NCBI GenBank assembly: GCA_029203615.1
Contig: CP091280.1
Location: forward strand, 160,697 to 184,696
Direction of reading: 5' to 3'
DNA: 24,000 nucleotides
Origin: Mycoplasma sp.
Lineage (GTDB): Bacteria; Bacillota_I; Bacilli_A; Mycoplasmatales; Mycoplasmoidaceae
The notes beneath the pieces are model-generated. The model was not told the origin of the DNA and ran no database searches. It saw only the letters and a list, made by a program, of their open reading frames with translations. Positions 1 to 9,567 of this stretch are shown here, one piece after another; within the stretch, counting starts at the first letter, position 1; each line of letters starts with the position of its first letter. A program made the translations under genes and the position numbers.

Positions 1-1
1 T

Positions 2-2575
2 AGAAAAAAAGATAAAGAACCTAAAGTAAATCAACCGCAACCAAACGAACCAACAGAAGTTACCGAAGTTGAAGCAGCTGTTGTTGAAACTACTCCTGGA
101 TCTGTAACCATTAACTTAATTGCTTCTGATATTAATCTTGATGATTTTAAAAAAGAAACTCAAGAAACAGTTAAACCTGTTCATGAACGCATTGAAAAAC
201 TTGAAAAACAAGAATCATCTAAACAACAAGTTGAAGCTAAACAAACAAAAACTAAACCAGTTAAAGTTAAAAAACTAAAACCACGTAAGAAAAAGATTGA
301 TATTGTTAAGCTTGTTAAAACAAGAATTGAAAAATATAGCAATATCTTTGAATTACGAGTTGCTAAATTAATTGAACGTCATAAAAAAGAAGTTAAATTA
401 ATTCATACTTGATTACCTAATACCAAGAAAAAACTAGATAAGAAACTAGCTGAATTAATAAAAAACTACGAAAAACAAGTTGAATTAATTAAAAAACAAG
501 AAACAAATGTTGAATTACGTAAAAATAAACTAGCAAATTTACAAAAACATTACGAATTCAACAAACATAACACATTATTTGTTTTTGAGCAACGCTTAAA
601 ATTCATTAGTGAATTAACCCAAAAACGTATTGAAAAAGCTAACCGTAAATTACAAATTGGTTTATTTAAGGTTAAAGAAAAATTCTTAGTATTTATCTTC
701 AATCAAGACCAAATCCTAAAAAACTTAGAATTTAAAAAAGAAACTTTAGCTTTCAATAAAAAAGTTCTAGCCATTGTTCATAAGTTTAAAAGATCAAGTC
801 ATAAAACGCCAAACACAGTTTTAACTAAAGAACTTAATAAGGATAAACTAGTTAATCAAACCTTTAATAAGATTAACTTAAAGATTAAAGAAGATAAACT
901 TAAAGCTAAACAAAAAGCACTAGCCCAACAAAAAGCCTTATTAAAAAATCAACCTAAGTCTAAAGATAAACCACTTAGTGCCTATCAAGCAAATAAAACT
1001 CCTTATGCTGTAGAAATGCATCATATTTCTAAATCATTCCATAAAGGTCAATTATTAGCTTTAGATGATGTAACACTAAAAGTAGCTAAAAACGAAATCC
1101 ATGCGATTGTTGGTGAAAATGGGGCCGGAAAAACTACTTTAATGTCAATTTTATTTGGCCAAATTCCAGCTGATGAAGGAAAAGTGTATGTTAATGGGCA
1201 ATTATCAAAAATTAAAACCCCAGATGATGCGACTAAAAATGGGATTGGAATGGTGCACCAACACTTTAAATTAGTCAATGTTTATTCGTTACTAGATAAC
1301 ATTATTCTTGGTGCTGAAAAAACTAAAAATGGTTTTATTGATCGAGCTGCAGCGATTGAAAAAATTAACAAAATTACTAAAGCATATAACTTAAAACTAA
1401 ATTTAGATACTAAAGTACGTTATGCTTCAGTTGGTGAACAACAAACAACAGAAATTGTTAAACTGCTATATCGTGATGCTGATATCTTAATTTTTGATGA
1501 ACCTACCGCAGTATTAAGTGATATTGAAATTGCTGGATTCTTAAAAATGTTAAAAGAATTTAAGCGTTTAGGTAAAACTGTAATTTTAATTACACATAAA
1601 CTAAATGAAGTTGAAGCCGTAGCTGATAAAGTTACTGTGATTCGTAAAGGTTGTGTAGTTGATACTGTGGTAATGAAGAAAACTAACCAAAATAAATTAG
1701 CGAATATGATGGTTGGTGAAAAACTAGTATTAAGTAAAAATAACGTTCGTGATTTAAAATACAGTACGCGTCCAGTAGCATGCAATATTGAAAACTTATA
1801 TGCGAATAAAATTTCGCAACCAAAAGTTTTAGCCCTAAAAGGCTTAAACTTAAAGATTCATGCTGGAGAAATTGTCGGATTAGCAGGAATTGAAGGTAAT
1901 GGACAAACCGAATTAGCTTTAATTATTGGTGGATTATTAAAAAATAAAGTTCGTGGTAAAGTTGAAATTTATAACGAATTAACTAATGTTAAATTAGATG
2001 CACTTAAAACTTCAACTGATAAACTATACCGCCATGGTTTAACACATGTTCCCGAAGATAGATTAAAATATGGTTTAGTTTTAGATGAAACAGTAGCAAT
2101 TAACACTGTTTTACCAAGAATTAATGAAGACCCTTTTACTGTTTTAGGAATGCTTAACCATAAAGCAATTAATGGTTATACTAAAAACTTATTATTCCAA
2201 TGAGATGTTCGAGGTGCTAATAATGGTAAAGCTTTAGCAAGAAGTTTAAGTGGGGGAAACCAACAAAAATTAGTTATTGGAAGAGAAATCTCTCGTCCAC
2301 ATTGTTTCTCAATTTATGTTCAACCAACTAGAGGACTAGATTTAGGAGCAATTCAAAACGTTCATAAACAAATTATGGAAGACGCCAAAAAAGGAGTTGG
2401 GGTATTATTAATTTCTTACGAATTAGATGAAATCTTAGCGATCTCTTCACGAATTGCTGTTATTAATGATGGAAAAATTACTTTCCATGCTTTAAGACAT
2501 AAAACTAACCGTCAAGAAATTGGCCGTCATTTAGGATCGAATATGAAGAGTGTTAGTAAGAAAGGAAGTAAATAA
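2..2575 (+). CDS. ABC transporter ATP-binding protein with two fused ABC domains (CUT2 / BMP-lipoprotein-associated sugar-nucleoside type), 5'-partial, long N-terminal extension
   Basis: Frame 2 is open from the window edge to TAA 2573-2575 when TGA 410-412 and 2201-2203 are read as Trp. Motifs: Walker A GENGAGKTT (~nt 1112), Walker B ILIFDEPT, second-domain GIEGNGQTEL, signature LSGGNQQK. ABC homology begins ~nt 1005 (YAVEMHHISKSF). Nt 2-1004 encode a K/E-rich non-ABC region, and there is no stop and no ATG/GTG/TTG in frame between 413 and 1015. Confidence 0.9.
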
Positions 2576-2580
2576 GACTT

Positions 2581-4887
2581 ATGAAAAAGCAGCATAAAGT
2601 AAATAACCAAGCGAAAAGTTTCTTAAATAGCCAACTACGAGTTCCAAATACAATTGGTGCTTATAGTGGAAAGACTTTAGCTTGATGACAACGATTTTAT
2701 TACAGTCCAAGTAAAAGTAGTATTTGAAGAAACATTTTAGTTTCTTTAATTTCGATTATTCTGGCAACTTTTGTCGCTTTAGTGATTACGGCTGTTGTAT
2801 ATCAACGAGCTGATGTATTTTATTTAATTCCACAAATTATCTTTACTAGTTCATTTACTGGTGAAGGAATTAATAAAACCTTAATCATTATGGCGATTGT
2901 CTTCTTGTCGGCCATCTCGTTTATCTTTGCCCAAAAAGTAGGGTTATTTAATATTGGGATTAGTGGACAAATGCTATTTGCTGGTCAAGTGGCCTTTATT
3001 ATTGCCTGAGTCTTTGGTGATCGTGTGCCACGAGGTTTAGGACAAATTATCTTTATTTTTGTTGCCATGGGTGCAGGAGCATTTGTTTCATTAATCATTA
3101 CCTTATTAAAAGAATACTTTAACATTCATGAAGTTATTAGTTCAATAATGTTAAATTGAATTATCTTCTTCTGTGGAACTTACATGTTAAGTTCAGTTGG
3201 ACAAATTTATGGACAAATCTCAGATACAAAAATTAATACTAAGCCATTAGCTGATAATTGAATTATTTCCTTAACTAGCGATAAAAACCAAGCGTGAGTA
3301 ATTGCTTTAATTTTAGGTGGAATTGTTTTATTATTCAGTTTCTTTGTTTTAAGCATTTCAACTTACGGTAAGAAAATTGCGAGTGTGGGAAAAAGTTTAA
3401 CTGCTAGTCAATATGCCGGAATTAGTGTTCGTAAACAACGGATTATTGCCATGTTAATTTCAGGAGCTGTTGCTGGATTAATGGGAGCGATTGTTTATGG
3501 TGGATATGAAAACGGTATGAGTGTGATCTTTGCTTCGAAAATTATTCCCCATTGAGGATTTGATGGTATCTCAATTGGTTTAATTGCTGGGAATAACTCA
3601 TTAGCGGCTTTACCAGTAGCATTATTGTTTGCGATGGTGGAACAGTCTAAACAATTAATTCAAACAACAGCGACTGTTAGTGATGTATTTGCTGGATTAA
3701 TCTTTGGGATTATTGTTTATGGAGCTGCAATTATTGCTGTATTCATCTACTTTAAACCATACATTTGATTAAAAATTGTGTTAAATGGTAAACGGGGTGG
3801 AAAGAACTATGAAGATTATGTCAATGCGGTAAGACAAGATTTAGATCAATTAAATTCGCGTCTATCAACATTTGCTTATATTCGTCGTTGTCTACTAAAA
3901 AGAAGAAGATTACAAGCGAAATTAACTCGTTTATTAAAAGCAATTAAGATTGTTCCAGAAAACTATAAAAGTATTGATGCGGCTAAAATTTATGATGAAG
4001 TTTTAGAACGAGTTACTGATTCGCGTGGGTTAATTCGTAAAGAAGGACGTAAACTATTTAACGATACTGTTAATAAGTTATGAGTAAGTCGTTCATTATT
4101 TGAAAGTATTGCTTTTACTAAACAACAAATTAAACGTTTAAACGAAAAGATTTACTTTGATGGTAATTCAGCTTCATTCCAACAAATTTTAAGTGAAAAC
4201 AAGATTCAATCAGTTGATGATTTAATTATTTATCAAAACTATGATTTAGTAGTAAAAAACTTATACCGTTTCTACCGTTTAAGTAAATTAAAACAAGACA
4301 CTAAATATGCCATTGCTTGTTTAAAAGAAAAAAACAACCGAACCTTAAACCGTAATAAAAATAAAAAACTACAACAATTAATTAATAAATGTCATTTAGA
4401 TGAACAATGAGTATTAATGAATCATCGTTCATACCTAAACTTTAAAAAGCAATATCATAATATTTATGATATTTCACCAAATTATTTATTGTTAACTAAA
4501 AAAAGTCCAATTAACCACAAACCAACTTTCTTTAACCGTTATACTAGTCAATTACCAGAATTTGACCACTACACTAAATTTATTGAATTATTTAGTAATG
4601 ATTATGTTGTTACTTTAAACAAAAAGAAAGAAATTAATCATAGAACATTTGCTAATCACCACAAAGATCATGCGTTCTATGAACGGATTAAATTATTACG
4701 TAGTTTAACACACCAAAGTCGTTATTTAGTAATGAAGAAAGTTTTAAAACAAGTTTTAGTAACTAATATTAACCATAATTTAGCTTATAACTATCATTTA
4801 GCTAGATTAGAAAATCAAAAAGAAATGTTAGATGCTAAACTAGTTAACTTTAGTCATAGTTATTCATTAGTTGGAGGAGAAAAGTAA
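2581..4887 (+). CDS. ABC transporter permease (YufP/RbsC-like, BPD family 2) with ~370-aa hydrophilic C-terminal extension
   Basis: Frame 1 runs from ATG 2581 (5 nt after the ATPase stop) to TAA 4885-4887, with multiple in-frame TGA and no TAA/TAG (checked codon by codon). The multi-TM permease core includes GLFNIGISGQMLFAG and ends ~nt 3770 (FKPYIW). From ~3778 onward the sequence is basic and helical with no TM segments. Confidence 0.85.
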
Positions 4888-4888
4888 T

Positions 4889-5812
4889 ATGATTGCTGGA
4901 ATTGTTTTAGACTTTGCTTTAATCTACGGAGCGATTTTATTAATTGGTGGATTAAGCGGATTATTAAGTGAAAGAGCCGGAATTGTTAACATTGGAATTG
5001 ATGGAATGATGTGTTTTGGTGCGTTATTCTACGGAATATTCAGTTCCAAAGCCGTAGGTATTGCCGAACACGGATTATGAACAATGCCGTTTGTATTGTT
5101 ATTAACAATGTTAGCTACGACCATTACTGGGCTGTTACATGGGTATGCTTGTATTAACTTAAAAGCTAACCATATTATTAGTGGGACGGCAATCAACTTA
5201 ATTGGGGTGGCATTATGTCAATTTGCTAATTTACCTTTAGCCCAAGTTTTAGATGAAGGTAAAGCCCGATTAGAATCAGGTTATACTAACTTCTTATTCG
5301 TGGGAAATAATGTTTATGGTTCATCAATTATTATCTTTATTATTGCCATCTTAATTGCAGTTGGAATTTGAGTTGTTTTAAATAAAACAAAAACCGGATT
5401 AAGATACAAAGCTGTTGGTGAAAATCCTTTTGCTGTAGCTGCACAAGGAATTAGTGTTTTAAAATACCAATGAACAGCGGTAATTCTTTCTTCAGCTTTT
5501 GCCGGATTAGCCGGAGCATTATTCTTATTTAAAACTAATGTCTTTAATGGTGATACTGAAGGGTTAGGATATTTAGCTTTAGCAATTATGATTGTTGGGG
5601 CATGAAAAGTTGAATGAACTATAGTTGCGGCTTGAATCTTTGCTTTATTTACCGGATTAACTAATACTGACGTATTATTAAATGCCGGAGTACCAAAAGC
5701 GATAGCTAACTCAATTCCTTACATTATTACACTTGTAATTCTGGTATTCTTCTCAAAATGAGTTCAACCACCAGAATATGATGGAATTCCATACGATCCA
5801 TCTCAACGTTAA
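4889..5812 (+). CDS. ABC transporter permease (YufQ/RbsC-like)
   Basis: ATG 4889 sits 9 nt after GGAGGAG (4873-4879) and 1 nt after the upstream stop. Frame 2 runs to TAA 5810-5812 with in-frame TGA. Contains GIVNIGIDGMMCFGA and hydrophobic segments throughout. Confidence 0.9.
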
Positions 5813-5836
5813 AAATACTTAAAACCATTTAAAACT

Positions 5837-5872
5837 CCTTCTAGTCTACTAATTGAGATTAGAAGGTTTTTT
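5837..5872 (+). terminator. Rho-independent terminator of the ABC operon
   Basis: CCTTCTA (5837-5843) pairs with TAGAAGG (5860-5866) and is followed by TTTTTT (5867-5872). It lies 25 nt after the permease stop. Confidence 0.7.
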
Positions 5873-5884
5873 AGATGGTGGAAA

Positions 5885-5893
5885 TGTTAAAAT
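5885..5893 (+). promoter_or_regulatory. Extended -10 promoter element (TGtTAAAAT) for the large LRR protein gene
   Basis: TGTTAAAAT at 5885-5893 lies 20 nt upstream of ATG 5914 and just downstream of the operon terminator. No clear -35 was found, which is usual in Mollicutes. Confidence 0.45.
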
Positions 5894-5913
5894 AAATAAA
5901 AATAATCTTAATT

Positions 5914-8900
5914 ATGAAATTCAAATTATTAACTGGGTTATTAATTGCTCCAGTTGTTGTTCCGTTAGGAATAAGTTTTTCTAATCATTCTAGTCAAAAT
6001 CAAAATGTTGTTTTAAGCGATAAAAAAACAACTAATGATGTTTTGTGAAGCATTACTGATGATGGTACGATTTCACCAATTGATAAAAAAGTTTTTTCAG
6101 GATTAGTAACTATACCAGAAGCTTTTGATGGTATTACTGTTAAAAAAATTGATAATAGTGCTTTTTTTAATAACGATAAAATAACAGGTGTAATAATTCC
6201 AGACACTGTTACAACAATCGGAAATGCAGCGTTTCAACAAACAGGTCTAGAAAGTGTAACCATTCCAGATAGTGTTACAGAAATTGGTTCTGGAGCTTTT
6301 TATTGATGCGGAAGTTTAAGTTCAATTAATATTCCTTCCCAAACTACAAAAATTGGAAATGATGCCTTTTTTGCAGTTCCATTTACTAATATCACTTTAG
6401 ACTCAAATAACCAAACATTTGAATGAAGGGGTACAGAAAATAATGGTTATATTGTTAGAAAAGACGCAGAAGATAAGTATGCTTGCCCAACTAGATTAGC
6501 CGTTGGAAGAATTGATTTAACGGGAGCAACAATAATTCATAATGAAGCATTTTCGTTTTGTCGTGGTATAACAATGTTTTATGGAATGGAAAATATAACA
6601 GAAATACAATACGAAGCTTTTAGGTTTTGTACTGGTTTAAATTCCTTTACCATTCCAAAAAAAACTAAAACACTTGGTGAAGGATGTTTACAACAACTTA
6701 GTACAATAGGCAAAATTATTTTTGAAAACGATGACATAAATTCAATTAATTTTGCTCCTAGACATGTTTTTTGAAGAACAAGTCCAAGGAAAATCCAAAT
6801 AAACGCCGGAATTAATTATCTCGATAACGAACAACAAACTCTTTTATTTAATACTTTTATAAATAAATTAAATTCTATTGGTTTTGAAACAACAATTGAT
6901 CAATATACAACTTGATATGATAATTCAACTACATCGCCTTCTGGGTATTTTTATGTTTTTAATCTTAATACACAAGCAACTACAACTATTGGATCTGGAT
7001 TTAAAGCATGAAGAGATGAAAAATCAGATACTAGAACTGTAGCTCTAGAATACACAACTAGTGATAATAATATTAATGTAACTGGGACAATTGATGATAA
7101 TTTATCAATAATAAATACCACAATAACTGGCAATGTTCCTAATATATATGGTAAGCATGTAACCTTTACTCCAAGATTGCATCTAAGAGATAGTTCTAAC
7201 AATTTTGATAAAACTGTGGGTTTAGAATCAGGAATTATTCGTTTAAAAGCAAATATTAACATCACAACTAATGATCCAGTATTCCATGAAGATAACCGTA
7301 TAAATGTTAGTCGTGATAATGGTTTATGATTTGGTAATGATTTTTATATAACAAATACACAAATTAACAAAGCTTATTTTGGTGAACATTGAAATGATAA
7401 AGAATATATTAAAAATAATTTATCTACATACTTTAAATTTACTAATAATTCTGGTACTGAATTATCATTAATTAAAAATAATAATTATTGATTTAATAAT
7501 CAATTAGGAGTAATACTTATTAACATTAATACAAAAAATTTTACAACTTATACTGTTACTTTTGCTATTGCAAAAGGTAATGGCAATGATATTGCTACCC
7601 TTATTGATCAAAATATTAATTGTTATTTAAAGCCTTGAGCTAAAAATAAACCAATATTTAGTATTCAAACATATAGTGCTAATAAATTTAAACCAAACCG
7701 AACATTTAGTGACAATGGAAGCAATGTTAACTTATCTCTAAACAATCAGACCCAAAGAACAACTTGAAATTTAGATAACCAAACAATTGATTCGCAAATT
7801 GCTAAAAACGATTTTGATTGATATCAAAGACAAGGTTATTCATTTAGACTTGATGCAAGTAGTTTTAATAATCAATTCATTGGTATCGGTGATGATTTGA
7901 CTCTAAATGATGATAAAACCCAATTTAGTGTTAGTGTTAACTTAAGAACGCCAAATATTAATGCAGTTAATGTAAATGTTAGTGGGTTAAAAGTAATTGC
8001 TTATAAATCAGGAGTAGCTAATGTTGAGTTTAACTTACCAACATTTAATGTTAATGCATCTAACAACGATAACCACAGCATTAACAAAAACCATCTTAAC
8101 AAATCTACCGAGATTTCTAATACTCGAGACGGTTTATGAATTAATGGTGATACATATGATACAAGAGTAGTTGTTAACAAAGCTTATTTTGGTCAAAACT
8201 GAAATAATCCTAATTACATTAAAAATAACTTTAATCAATATATTAATGTTAGTGGTAATGGTGAAACTTATCAATTTAATCACGCCGATAACACTAATGT
8301 TTACACTAACCCTAAAATTGGTCAAATGAATGTAACAGGAGTTGACCAAGATACTGATCCAAATAGTTATTTAATTAAATTATGATTTAGTGTTCCTGAT
8401 AGTGTTGACTACCAATTATTAGATCAAACTATCACTTTTGATTTAAAGAATGCTCCTAGTGGTTCAGATCATTTATTTACTATTAATACTTGTGATAAAA
8501 ATCAGTTTGATCCAAACTACAATAACTTTAGAGCTAATAACATTAACTTAACTAGTGGACAACGAAGTGGAACAATTGTTTGAAATGATAGTGATCAAAC
8601 TCAATTTAAAAACTTAGGTAATACGAATACATGTAAGTGAGCAATTAGTAAGGGATATACTTTATCAGTTGAAGGATTTAGTGATCAATATATTATGCTT
8701 GACTCTAATGCAACATTTGATGTTAACTCAAATACATTACAAGTTGGAGTTACCCAAGCTAAATTTGTAACCCAAGAAACTAGTGTTAATGTTTCTGGTT
8801 TAAAACTAAATATTATGAATGGAAGTACTGTAGTTAGACAAGATATTACTTTACCTAATTTAACAATTACTTTGGGTGCAGCAAGTACTGATATTACAAC

Positions 8901-9411
8901 CACAAATCTAACTTATACAAGTGTAGATCAAAAATCTTTACGTGATAAAGGCGATACTGCTAGTTTTGATTTAACCATTCCTGAAGTATTAAAACCAGAA
9001 AATGATGCACAATTAATTAACAAATTCAACTTTGCTTATAAAGGTGAAGGTCAATCTACTTGAACTTGAAAGCCAGTGCCTTCTGAAACCGGAATTTATA
9101 AATTCCAATATCAACATGATGATGAAACTTACACTTTAACTTATCAACTAGTAACTAATTTACAAAGCGATATTAACCCAAGATATACTTATCACATTAC
9201 TCTAACTCAAGAATTTGATGGTAAAGTGAAGAAAGATATTGAATTTAGTTTTGTTGGTGCAAGTAGTAGTAATCCATTTGAAATTAACGCTGACGAATGA
9301 CAACCAACACTTAATTTAGGTGCAATTTTAGGTGGAGTGTTTGGTGCAATTGTCTTAATTGGATTAATTGCCTTAACCGTTGTTTTAATTAAAAGAAGAA
9401 AGAATAAATAA
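5914..9411 (+). CDS. Large surface protein (1165 aa): signal peptide, BspA-like leucine-rich repeats, two ~270-aa Asn-rich tandem modules, C-terminal TM anchor
   Basis: Frame 1 runs from ATG 5914 to TAA 9409-9411. All 1165 codons were checked: many TGA, no TAA/TAG. N-terminus [28 protein letters not shown]_5/BspA-type units such as [47 protein letters not shown] fall at ~nt 6090-6780. C-terminus [27 protein letters not shown]. Confidence 0.9.
7309..8934 (+). repeat. Intragenic tandem duplication, two diverged ~813-nt (~271-aa) modules
   Basis: An exact 18-mer, aacaaagcttattttggt, occurs at 7366-7383 and 8176-8193. Protein landmarks recur 813 nt apart: RDNGLW (7312) and RDGLW (8125), NKAYFG..WN...YIKNN, then VNVSGLK (7972 and 8785). 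Boundaries are approximate. Confidence 0.8.
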
Positions 9412-9430
9412 TAGATTATTTTTAATAAAG

Positions 9431-9497
9431 AAAAGTGGATTCCCATTTGTTACCTCCTAGATATTTTTCTGGTGTATACAGGGTGTCCACTTTTTTT
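9431..9497 (+). terminator. Long imperfect hairpin plus T7, putative terminator of the large LRR gene
   Basis: AAAGTGGA (9432-9439) pairs with TCCACTTT (9486-9493). The stem extends through CCC (9442-9444) / GGG (9481-9483) and is followed by more T up to 9497. The loop is large (~35-45 nt), so it is atypical. Confidence 0.35.
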
Positions 9498-9527
9498 GTC
9501 CGTGTTTATTTTTCAAAAAAAGTATGC

Positions 9528-9546
9528 TTTTTTTTTTTTTTTTTTT
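9528..9546 (+). repeat. Poly(T)19 homopolymer in the promoter region of the small LRR protein gene
   Basis: Counted directly: T at 9528-9530, 9531-9540 and 9541-9546. It ends 7 nt upstream of TACAAT (9554-9559). Confidence 0.95.
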
Positions 9547-9553
9547 GGCTGGA

Positions 9554-9559
9554 TACAAT
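9554..9559 (+). promoter_or_regulatory. -10-like hexamer TACAAT for the small LRR protein gene (near-leaderless transcript implied)
   Basis: TACAAT lies 8 nt upstream of ATG 9568. There is no SD sequence between them and no convincing -35 at a 16-18 nt spacing, because that position falls inside the T tract. Confidence 0.4.
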
Positions 9560-9567
9560 GAAACTAT

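Noticed and set aside
9207-9446. A minus-strand 79-aa ORF with a perfect AGGAGGT SD, considered as a real small gene.
   Set aside because: It is entirely antisense to the TM-anchor-coding 3' end of the large LRR gene, and its hydrophobicity is explained by that. The SD lies inside the terminator-like hairpin. It is kept only as a low-interest structural observation, not as a CDS.
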